Source of the DNA: Nitrososphaeraceae archaeon
GTDB taxonomy: Archaea; Thermoproteota; Nitrososphaeria; Nitrososphaerales; Nitrososphaeraceae
Direction: 5' to 3'
NCBI GenBank assembly: GCA_035643435.1
Contig: DASQQK010000286.1
Location: 8,706-72,705, forward strand
Length of the DNA: 64,000 nt
The notes under the pieces are model-generated. The model was not told where the DNA came from and did not search any database. It was given only the letters and a program-made list of their open reading frames with translations. The stretch's first letter is position 1. Every line of letters starts with the position of its first letter. Positions 55,901 through 64,000 of the stretch are shown in pieces. The position numbers were made by a program, and so were the translations under genes.

Positions 55901-56914
55901 TTGATGGTCGTAGATTTGTTATCCAACATTTTTTACCTTGTTACTGCAATAGTTTTACCTTTAGTTTCCTTCGGAATTATTTCTTACCTTATGCCTAAGT
56001 ATATTAGATCACTAAAATCAAGGGGAAAGGTTGTAAAAGACTTTCATAAGCCTGGAAAACCTAATGTACCTCGACCTGCTGGCCCCATCTTGTTATTAGG
56101 AATTGCATCAACTGAAGTAATTCTATATATATTGACACTTAATTATGCAGTCCTTGCTATTCTGCTAACCACTGTGATAGGCTTTATAGTAGGTATAGTA
56201 GATGATAGGAGAGTAATGCCGGGTTGGTTTAAACCTTTGGCATTGGTGGCCGCCGCCATTCCAATAATCTTGTTAGGTGCCCATAGTAACTACCTTAATT
56301 TGGTGTTTGGTAGCGCATTTATACCAATTCTTTACATTCCATTAATACTCATCACAATACCTGTGGTAGGAAACACTATTAACTCAATTGATGTTTTGAA
56401 TGGCGTTGCAAGTATCTCAATAATCATTGCGTTAATCCCTATCTTGGCGAGCGTTTTGTTATTTGGTAATATTTACGTATTTTTAGCAGGACTTCCTCTA
56501 TTAGCAGGAACTATTGCTTTTTACAGGTATCACCGCTATCCCAGTAAGGTATTTCCTGGAGACTCAGGCACATTGTTAATGGGGACAATGTTAGGCGCGA
56601 TTGCCATCGCAGGCAGATCTGAGATCATTGCTATAATCGCACTATTGCCAGCCGTGATGAATTCATTTCTTTTTCTTTCAAGTATGAAAAAAATAGTGGA
56701 GCACAGAGAAGTAAAAGCTCGTCCGACCATCCTGACCGATGACTTCAGATTGATGGCATCAAAGGATAGGAAGGCACCAGTGACTCTTTTAAGATTGATA
56801 CTTGCGGACGGGCCATTGACCGAAAAAGAGATTATTAAACAGATCACTATGATGGCAATCGTTTGCTCGGTCCTAGCGTTCATATCCATCTATATTCAAT
56901 CATTCTACATATAG
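55901..56914 (+). CDS. glycosyltransferase family 4 UDP-HexNAc:polyprenol-P HexNAc-1-P transferase (AglH/MraY-like)
   Basis: IVDDRRVMPGWFK, NSIDVLNGV and FPGDSGTLLMG are MraY/WecA/AglH motifs. About ten TMs. The TTG at 55901 and the ATG at 55904 are both possible starts. Confidence 0.8.
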   Translation: MMVVDLLSNIFYLVTAIVLPLVSFGIISYLMPKYIRSLKSRGKVVKDFHKPGKPNVPRPAGPILLLGIASTEVILYILTLNYAVLAILLTTVIGFIVGIVDDRRVMPGWFKPLALVAAAIPIILLGAHSNYLNLVFGSAFIPILYIPLILITIPVVGNTINSIDVLNGVASISIIIALIPILASVLLFGNIYVFLAGLPLLAGTIAFYRYHRYPSKVFPGDSGTLLMGTMLGAIAIAGRSEIIAIIALLPAVMNSFLFLSSMKKIVEHREVKARPTILTDDFRLMASKDRKAPVTLLRLILADGPLTEKEIIKQITMMAIVCSVLAFISIYIQSFYI

Positions 56915-56931
56915 GAGAGATACGGTTAGGG

Positions 56932-57150
56932 TTGGCTATATTAGGATTATTGGGGTTTCTTGTAATAATGTGGACTATAATTCTCTCAGCATGCGGATTT
57001 TTGATTATATTTGTTGCCCCTCTCGGTATCCACGATAGGATATTAACTTCATTGATTCAAGCCTCGATAGCTATTCTGTTGGTTGTTGGGCTAGTCGTGT
57101 TATTAGACCGTATCAAAAAGTTGTATACTTTGAGAAAACTCAAGATATGA
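56932..57150 (+). CDS. small two-TM membrane protein (start uncertain)
   Basis: The part of ORF 56863..57150 lying beyond the AglH-like stop codon. Start candidates are TTG 56932 and ATG 56968. Confidence 0.3.
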   Translation: MAILGLLGFLVIMWTIILSACGFLIIFVAPLGIHDRILTSLIQASIAILLVVGLVVLLDRIKKLYTLRKLKI

Positions 57151-57322
57151 GATTATTTCGTACGAGGTTCTTCCATTACATTCTGTTATCTCTATCTAAA
57201 ATCCCCTGACATTGGGTATAAACATATTGAATGTGATCTGTGCAGAAAATTCTGACGATTACCAGAATAAGATGACGTCACTTACAGAAAATCCGTATTG
57301 GCGTCTCACGAGAGTTTCCATC

Positions 57323-57718
57323 TTATGCCTGCTTTACGCCACATACCTTACAGAATTTCGAACTCAAGTTTAGGTTGGTACCGCATTTAAGACAATATTT
57401 TTCCGCAATAACCTGTCTGACGTTGGGCTGATTATTTTTTCCTATACTTGATATACCTCTCCCGTACATCTCAGTAACAGCTCCAGAAGGCTTAAAAGTT
57501 TCATCGACGTCTGGTTCAGTACTCTGGTATGACGGGCCAGATTTCTTCTCTTGAAGGTAGAGGGTCAACCTAGGCACAGTTTCATGTCTATCTGGTAAGT
57601 TAACTTGTTCGCCTAGCCAGATTGCAAATTTCTTTAAAGTCATCTCGGGTGTTGAAAAAGTGAGTGAATGAGTTGACATGTACTCCTCAGTAGCGGTTCG
57701 GGCATTGAACAGTTTCAT
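57323..57718 (-). CDS. protein with C-terminal zinc ribbon, function unknown
   Basis: Ends in CLKCGTNLNLSSKFCKVCGVKQ (CxxCx10CxxC). Confidence 0.45.
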   Translation of the reverse strand: MKLFNARTATEEYMSTHSLTFSTPEMTLKKFAIWLGEQVNLPDRHETVPRLTLYLQEKKSGPSYQSTEPDVDETFKPSGAVTEMYGRGISSIGKNNQPNVRQVIAEKYCLKCGTNLNLSSKFCKVCGVKQA

Positions 57719-57892
57719 TACTATGGACTCACCAGTAACGCTTTTAATTATTACTTCTATCCACTGCTCAGAATTAGTAATTGGGGTCAGAAATGATAAT
57801 CTAATGTAGCTGGTGATCTATATCTATGTCCCGCGGTTTAAGTATATTAATAGGACATCTTAGAATTTCTATATACTCAGGAGCTGATTAAG

Positions 57893-58378
57893 ATGAAATG
57901 GACCAAGGACGAACGGTTTCCTAATGACAAACTTGGAATAATAAAGGATGAGTTTTCAGACAAGATGAAAGAAGTAGGGGCACGTCTCGATGGATTTGTC
58001 TCAGATGTATCTGGGAAGGACAGGAACAAAGATTTAAAACAAAGGGGTAAAGCTGATATTGCAGGGAGTCAGGATTTACCCAAAAGAGTCGAGATGGTTG
58101 GTATAGCAAATCATAGTTTTGTTCAAGAAGAATCAACGAACTTTGACAGAGAGATTGTCTCAACCCCCGTATCTATTAGTGATCATATCGTAAGACAAGC
58201 TATGGTCAACACAAGTAACTCAGAGTATACCCCCGTAGAAATAGGGTCTCTAAAGATAGAGAGGAATTCTTTTTATAGTCACTTTTTTCCATTGACGCCT
58301 GTGGTAGTGACGAATCGTGGATGCATTAAGGTTAGCGGTAAGAACTTTGATTACATCCAAATTATCCAGCGGAATTGA
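57893..58378 (+). CDS. hypothetical protein
   Basis: 161-aa ORF with no recognised motif. Confidence 0.4.
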   Translation: MKWTKDERFPNDKLGIIKDEFSDKMKEVGARLDGFVSDVSGKDRNKDLKQRGKADIAGSQDLPKRVEMVGIANHSFVQEESTNFDREIVSTPVSISDHIVRQAMVNTSNSEYTPVEIGSLKIERNSFYSHFFPLTPVVVTNRGCIKVSGKNFDYIQIIQRN

Positions 58379-58652
58379 AGTATTGTACCGGACAGTATCG
58401 TCGGACTGTCAGTTACTCGATAATCTGTGTTGTGTCGTGAAGTGTGGAATTTCTATATTCTAAATTGATTTCTGTGTCAGTACATCTCTATTGCATAACT
58501 TGTGGTAACTAATCTGTACTGATATCACACCTCGCCCTGAGGGACGTCTCCAAGTTCATTAACCTGGCCGCGGATAAGACTAGAACTCCTTCAACGTCTT
58601 CGATTCACGATCTCAGAGTCCTGGAATATCGTGTCTCTAAGTATCGACACAA

Positions 58653-58727
58653 TGGAGGGAATGGGATTCGAACCCATGACCACCTGCGTGTAAGGCAGGT
58701 ATCCTAACCAGTCTAGACAACCCCTCC
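58653..58727 (-). tRNA. tRNA-Val (anticodon UAC)
   Basis: The reverse complement reads GGAGGGG-TT-GTCT...GGAT-A-CCTGC-CTTACAC-GCAGG-TGGTC-ATGGG-TTCGAAT-CCCAT-TCCCTCC-A. Confidence 0.9.
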
Positions 58728-58889
58728 CTAGCGCCTTATTTGGAGTTCAAATCCGTTAATCGATATTAATGTGTTTTATCAAGGCACAGAGTTGACACGA
58801 TAATATCCTTCACTAAAAAGATGACATTTCCTTCCGAACATCAGGGATGGCATCAATAGGATATATTAGTCGTAGAAATTAGGTATATT

Positions 58890-59306
58890 GTGATGTCAGA
58901 AGGTTCTTCTGAGGGAACTATAGCCGCACTAGGGGAGGAGTTGAAGCAGGTATTAGAAGGAGTGCAAGATAAGTATGAGACATTCATCGATGATGCTCAG
59001 CTATACAAAAAGGGTAAGATTGACGATGTTAACTTTTTTTACAAATTAAGCGAATATCTACTAGATCTAAGCAAAATAAACTCCCTGGAGGCGCGATTCG
59101 TGCTTAAACTAAAGAGCAACCTAGACGCTAAGGGGAGTAAGTGGCAAGAGGCGCCCCAGTTGAGCATTTCAGACAAAATCGCAGACCCTGCTACGTTCGC
59201 CGGCGACAAACAGGGAAGTGCAGCCAGGAGAAGCTGTACATCTTGTGGTGCGGCGATCAACATCAATGCCAAATTTTGCAGGTCATGTGGAAAACCGCAA
59301 GGATAA
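58890..59306 (+). CDS. protein with C-terminal zinc ribbon, function unknown
   Basis: Helical N-terminal region. Ends in CTSCGAAININAKFCRSCGKPQ, the same ribbon pattern as 57323..57718. Confidence 0.45.
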   Translation: MMSEGSSEGTIAALGEELKQVLEGVQDKYETFIDDAQLYKKGKIDDVNFFYKLSEYLLDLSKINSLEARFVLKLKSNLDAKGSKWQEAPQLSISDKIADPATFAGDKQGSAARRSCTSCGAAININAKFCRSCGKPQG

Positions 59307-59368
59307 GTAATGTCATCATGCCTGCAAAACCTAGCTCGAAGCCCTAGGTCTGAGCCTGCCTTGAATTA

Positions 59369-59668
59369 CTAGGCCTTATCTTTTTTCCTACGGACTCCAA
59401 AATTCAGTTCTACACCTCTTCGTTCACTGATGTCAAAAGTAAACGATTCGTTATCTAGAATTGGGAAACTGGAAATAAGCGATTCCTCGCATAGGATACA
59501 TCCGTTTTCTATGATATGCAATCTCGTCCTGTCAATAAATGTCGCAGCCCAGTAACAATTGTCACAAAGAACGAAAATGGCTTCCTTTGCCTTTCGATTA
59601 ATTTCATTCTTTCGAGGAGATAGAACATTTGATGCAGAGGGGCTAGCGTTTTCGTGTAAACTGTTCAT
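59369..59668 (-). CDS. small Cys-rich protein, function unknown
   Basis: 99 aa with CDNC...CILC (two CxxC pairs). Confidence 0.4.
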   Translation of the reverse strand: MNSLHENASPSASNVLSPRKNEINRKAKEAIFVLCDNCYWAATFIDRTRLHIIENGCILCEESLISSFPILDNESFTFDISERRGVELNFGVRRKKDKA

Positions 59669-59800
59669 GCTATTCCAAATTCAGGCATTGTAATACATAT
59701 GAAGAATATAAATTCTGTTATGAAGCTATTGAGAGATGTAGCAAAAACAGGTTAATCCATAATCGCAGATTACTAGGCAAGTCGGGGCTACGGGTAAACT

Positions 59801-61756
59801 CTACTCCAGACTTTGGTTCAATTTACTCTCAAGAACAGTACTTACAGTTTTTCCATCTACTCTGCCCCTAAGTAATGACATACTCTTGCCCATCAGAGTT
59901 CCCAAAGAATCTCTCCCCTTTTGTTTGATCAAGACTATGTTATCAGCAATTACCTTGTCTATGATTTTATCTAATTCACTTTCACTCACTTGCTTAAGTC
60001 CTAGAACTTGAATCGCCTGCTTTACATCATCCAGATCCCTTGTTAGAAGGGTCTCAAATATTACAGGAATAGATTCTTTCGCTATTTCGCCTTCATCTAG
60101 TAATTGAAATGCCATTTTAACAGACTTATCTGAGAGTTTATCTGGGGTCAAGCCCTTCCTCCTTAAACTGATTAGTCCTTCAGTTACTTTCGAGGCAACA
60201 AAAGTTGGTTGTACTTTTGTATTCTTGACAATATCCTCAAAGAGTTCAAGGCGGTTAGAGTCAAAAATCTCAAGTGCTAGTTTGCGGTTAAGCTTATATC
60301 TTTGCATTATATCCTTTATGTAGCTCTCAAATGGTTTAGGTACTGATCCTTTCAACGAGTCCAGAATCAAATCATCTATCTTTATAGGAAGTACATCTGT
60401 CTCAGGATACATCCGGCTGGACCCCGGTCTCGGTCTTATGAAAATCGTTTCACCATCTAGCGTTGCGGCCCTTGTTTCAGCTACAACACCCTGTGTAGCC
60501 TTGTTCAGCCTCTGAAGAATCGCATCAACGGCAAATTGAACTCTATCCCTGTCTCCACCAACCAAGATGAAAGCATCACGCCCAGTCACTATACTCAATC
60601 TTCTATTAACAGCTGCGACTTCTAACTCGGTTATTCCATAGTTGGGCAGTTCATCCGAATGAAAAATTCCACCTAACCCGTAGAATCTTACTATTTCAGC
60701 TAACTGTTTGCCAAGTCTCACTCCTTCATATGGTTCGTATCCCAAGATTCCATGGAATACCTCTGCCTTTATCGCCATAAATTGTGTATTTTCTTTATTT
60801 AAAATCCGGGTCACTGCCTTAGATGAAGAGCGTCCCAAGATGTCAGTTGCATCTTCTACCGTAAATTTGTGAAGTTCGGATTGATCCGTATGAGACATCA
60901 GCCTTCGAGTCAATTCATCCGCAATTTGGATCAAACCCATCTGTCTTCTTGTTTCAAATTCTATAACTTTGACTAACTGATCAAGTTGTTGTATTCCCTT
61001 AATTTCTACAACCGACCCTCCATTCACCGAGACATTAATATCTTGCCTTATGGTGCCTATGCCTCTCTCTACTCTCTTGCTGGCCCTGAGTAACCTTCCT
61101 AATGTTAAAGCAACTTTTAACACTTCTTGAGGAGTTCCACTTACGGGTTCAAGTGCTACCTCGACCAGTGGAGTACCTAATCTATCTAAGGAGTAATCTC
61201 TTGTGAAATTATCATCAGAAAGCAGCCGAGCGGCATCCTCTTCCAGGCATACACTTTGTACTCCCACCATCTTATTTCCTTCTAGTTCAATGTACCCTCC
61301 TGTGCCAATAAGCATGGTCCGTTGAAATCCTGTTGTATTTGATCCGTCGATCACAATTTTTCTCATAACATGGATTTCGTCAACTATTTTAGAATGAAGC
61401 GCCATGGCAAGTATAAGTGCCGTATCGAGAGACTCTTCATCAACTGAGTGTGGCGGCTCTTCATCAGCCTCAACCAAACAACTCGTAAAGGGATGACTAT
61501 GATATCTTATAGATTTCATCTTAGTAGCTTCGAAGATGGCTGCGGGATCGTACCCACCCAGCTCACTATAGGCTGGTCTCAGTTTGCGCATAAATGTCAT
61601 GGTCGACTGATCAATACCCTTGTTGCTACATTCACAGAAGAGCTTACTCTGAGAAGCCAGTTGTTGATGTATCTCCAAACCTACCATTACATTGGCTGCA
61701 GAAATCTTTGGATCCGATTTCGGTGTAGGATCCTTTGAACCGATCCTAGTTGTCAA
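59801..61756 (-). CDS. gatE: Glu-tRNA(Gln) amidotransferase subunit E
   Basis: VGLEIHQQL, FLVEADEEPPH-like CLVEADEEPPH, the GatB/E core, and a C-terminal YqeY-like tail. It lies immediately downstream of gatD. Confidence 0.92.
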   Translation of the reverse strand: MTTRIGSKDPTPKSDPKISAANVMVGLEIHQQLASQSKLFCECSNKGIDQSTMTFMRKLRPAYSELGGYDPAAIFEATKMKSIRYHSHPFTSCLVEADEEPPHSVDEESLDTALILAMALHSKIVDEIHVMRKIVIDGSNTTGFQRTMLIGTGGYIELEGNKMVGVQSVCLEEDAARLLSDDNFTRDYSLDRLGTPLVEVALEPVSGTPQEVLKVALTLGRLLRASKRVERGIGTIRQDINVSVNGGSVVEIKGIQQLDQLVKVIEFETRRQMGLIQIADELTRRLMSHTDQSELHKFTVEDATDILGRSSSKAVTRILNKENTQFMAIKAEVFHGILGYEPYEGVRLGKQLAEIVRFYGLGGIFHSDELPNYGITELEVAAVNRRLSIVTGRDAFILVGGDRDRVQFAVDAILQRLNKATQGVVAETRAATLDGETIFIRPRPGSSRMYPETDVLPIKIDDLILDSLKGSVPKPFESYIKDIMQRYKLNRKLALEIFDSNRLELFEDIVKNTKVQPTFVASKVTEGLISLRRKGLTPDKLSDKSVKMAFQLLDEGEIAKESIPVIFETLLTRDLDDVKQAIQVLGLKQVSESELDKIIDKVIADNIVLIKQKGRDSLGTLMGKSMSLLRGRVDGKTVSTVLESKLNQSLE

Positions 61757-61761
61757 ACTCG

Positions 61762-63159
61762 TTAACCCTCCCCATAATTTAGCGACCGTCTATTCACGGG
61801 GGACGTTAAGGATATTTCATTCGCCATATTGTTTTTCATCAATTTTGCTGCCTCCGCTTTGTCATACGAATTAGCCAATGCCCACATTGCCTTTACCAAA
61901 GCTGTCTCTGATGTCATATCTTCAAGGGGCAAAACCCCCAATTCCATCAAGTCTCTGCCTGTGTCATATACCTTCATATTTGTTCTTCCCCAAATACATT
62001 GAGATGTCATGAACACCAACACACCAGACTTGATGGCATTTGTGATTTCAGGGAAGAATTTTCTTCCTATGTGTCCTAATCCAGTTCCTTCAAGAACTAT
62101 TGCTCTATAACCGGTCTTAATCGCGTATCCAAACAAGCCTGGAGCTAGACCTGGATAAAATTTTATGAGCATAACTCTTGGATCAAATCTCGACCGGACT
62201 TCAAGGTTGGAATACTCTTTTAGATTATTCGAATTACTGACATCATGACGATGTGGGATATCCATTTTAATAGGTTGTGACTCTATCTTCACCACTGCAT
62301 TGTTAACCGTCGCGATGGGTAACCTATCAATTGATTCAAAAGCATCTCGACGGCTTGTATGATTTTTCCTAACTCTTGTACCCAGATGACAGGAGATAAA
62401 GTCATCGGACATACTTCGGTGCATAGCAACGAATACACCCGAATAAGGAGATTCTATCGCAAAAACTGTGGCACCGATCAGATTAAGGGCTCCGTCAGAA
62501 GATGGTCTGTCAGTTGATCTTTGAGATCCGACCAAAACAACGGGAATAGGGAGATTGCGAAGAGCAAAACTCAGTGCAGCAGCAGTATAGTGCATCGTAT
62601 CAGTACCGTGTGAGACAACGATACCTCGGTAGATTCCACTTCTTACTTTTTCAGCGATCCTGTCTGCGATCTGAGTCCAATGATGTGGCTCAAGATTTTC
62701 ACTATATTCATTGAACATGAAATCGGCGTGTATAGATGCATATCTCCTAAGCTCAGGTACAGCATCATAAATCTCCGACGTAGACAATGCTGCGCTTACT
62801 CCTCCTGTCCGATAATCCACTTTACTAGCAATAGTACCGCCAGTGCCAATGAGTGCGATTTTGTGGGCAGGCTCCAAGGCTTCCTTCGCTATTTGTACTC
62901 TTGGTTTAGTACCATCCGGTCCCACTTTAACATCAGTTTTAAGAATAGACTTTACTTTGTAAGATGAAATACCCAGATTATACCCATTCATTAATTTAAG
63001 AACCACATGTTTCTTGTCCATTGATGTATATCTAGGCATAAGAATACCTTGAACTGTATCTCCATCATGAGTGCTTACAACAACCCAGTCCCCGGGTGAA
63101 ACATTCTTGTAATCCATTCCATTTTTAGAATCAGGTACATTATCTTTTCGGTCCCTCAT
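61762..63159 (-). CDS. gatD: Glu-tRNA(Gln) amidotransferase subunit D (asparaginase-like)
   Basis: IALIGTGGTIAS, VVSHGTDTMHYTAAALSF and GTGLGH are asparaginase-family motifs, with the GatD N-terminal domain. Confidence 0.92.
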   Translation of the reverse strand: MRDRKDNVPDSKNGMDYKNVSPGDWVVVSTHDGDTVQGILMPRYTSMDKKHVVLKLMNGYNLGISSYKVKSILKTDVKVGPDGTKPRVQIAKEALEPAHKIALIGTGGTIASKVDYRTGGVSAALSTSEIYDAVPELRRYASIHADFMFNEYSENLEPHHWTQIADRIAEKVRSGIYRGIVVSHGTDTMHYTAAALSFALRNLPIPVVLVGSQRSTDRPSSDGALNLIGATVFAIESPYSGVFVAMHRSMSDDFISCHLGTRVRKNHTSRRDAFESIDRLPIATVNNAVVKIESQPIKMDIPHRHDVSNSNNLKEYSNLEVRSRFDPRVMLIKFYPGLAPGLFGYAIKTGYRAIVLEGTGLGHIGRKFFPEITNAIKSGVLVFMTSQCIWGRTNMKVYDTGRDLMELGVLPLEDMTSETALVKAMWALANSYDKAEAAKLMKNNMANEISLTSPVNRRSLNYGEG

Positions 63160-63290
63160 ACATCATATTCTACTCGCAGCGATCGAGATAATCCCTGCGT
63201 GCTAAAGGGTATTAATTGTTTGGGGAACGCTCAAAGGAATTGTGAGAACCATAATTGGTATTCCTGGTTGTATATCATGTTGCTTATTAT

Positions 63291-63689
63291 CTATTCCTGT
63301 ATAATCTCGATACTCCTAACTTCAAACAATTTAAGGATCGCATTCTCTATATCTCTTGTCGTAATTTTTCCATAATCCCATGCGTCGACGAATTCCTTAA
63401 ACTCTTTCTCGAGCTCTAAAGCAACATCTTGGAAATCTATCATCTCATTTGATGTAGTCGGAAGCTTATAGCCTTTGGCGATCATTATCGGACATCGCTG
63501 GTCACCTCCAATAGGAAAATACCATGCGTTCTTTGCAAACTCGTATGACCTTGTTAAAATCACGTTGTACATACGCATAAGCTCCTCATTGGTCAGCTTG
63601 CTTAGATCATCGAACCACGGCCCATACGGAACACTATGATCTCTATTCTTCGTTACTACTTCCTTTTCCTTCTTGCGTACAAGAAACAA
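63291..63689 (-). CDS. hypothetical protein
   Basis: 132-aa ORF with protein-like composition. No motif recognised. Confidence 0.4.
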   Translation of the reverse strand: MFLVRKKEKEVVTKNRDHSVPYGPWFDDLSKLTNEELMRMYNVILTRSYEFAKNAWYFPIGGDQRCPIMIAKGYKLPTTSNEMIDFQDVALELEKEFKEFVDAWDYGKITTRDIENAILKLFEVRSIEIIQE

Positions 63690-63891
63690 TAATAGTTATA
63701 GGATCTTCGACATATCAGAATAAATAGTTTTACCTGATGTCATGGTGCCTAGCACTCTGTCACCAGGGCTCTTTACAGTGGTATTTACCGGACCCCAATT
63801 TCATTTCACTAACAAAAAATAGTCTTCTATATTATAACTTGGTCGGAAGCTATGTTCCTTTAAATTGGACTTTCATATACGAGAGTAGTAA

Positions 63892-64000
<109 letters not shown>

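Noticed and set aside
58391-58410. 6-bp hairpin (gacagt-N8-actgtc) 13 nt after the stop of 57893..58378, as a terminator
   Set aside because: Archaeal termination is mainly oligo-T driven. The stem is short and no T-run follows.

Overview
The window reads as a gene-dense (~90% coding) chromosomal segment of an archaeon, most consistent with Nitrososphaerota/Thaumarchaeota. I cannot name a genus. Supporting markers are GatD/GatE, TFB, TFE, an archaeal histone, a short-form XPF, the exosome superoperon, a signal-peptide Amt ammonium transporter, PurP, Trm56 and intron-containing tRNAs. Most genes are housekeeping: an rpoD-L18e-L13-S9 block, SBDS-Rrp4-Rrp41-Rrp42-L37ae-Pcc1-prefoldin beta, Csl4, GuaA, a DEAD-box helicase, Hel308, TatC/TatA, AsnB-like, TruD and AglH-like. 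There are five tRNA genes: Ser-GCU, Cys-GCA, Phe-GAA, Gly-CCC and Val-UAC. None encodes CCA, and two carry short introns. I saw no rRNA, CRISPR array, cas operon, transposase, integrase or prophage. The best candidates for new biology are: (1) a translationally coupled operon of orphan SufC, a chlorite-dismutase-family haem protein, DUF1802 and an aldo-keto reductase, converging on a fused siroheme decarboxylase (AhbA/B), which suggests an unusual haem-related module; (2) a J-domain fused to a 3-Cys ferredoxin; (3) a small accessory islet around tRNA-Cys with an HNH endonuclease and orphan ORFs; (4) a stand-alone Cas4-like 4-Cys nuclease; (5) a C2H2 zinc-finger, cupin and CcdA-like membrane protein cluster. 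Smaller oddities include a TatD gene whose HxH motif lies upstream of any canonical start behind a G8 homopolymer, tandem coding repeats, and a (GTA)8 microsatellite. All protein calls come from by-eye motif recognition on the supplied translations. No database search was run.
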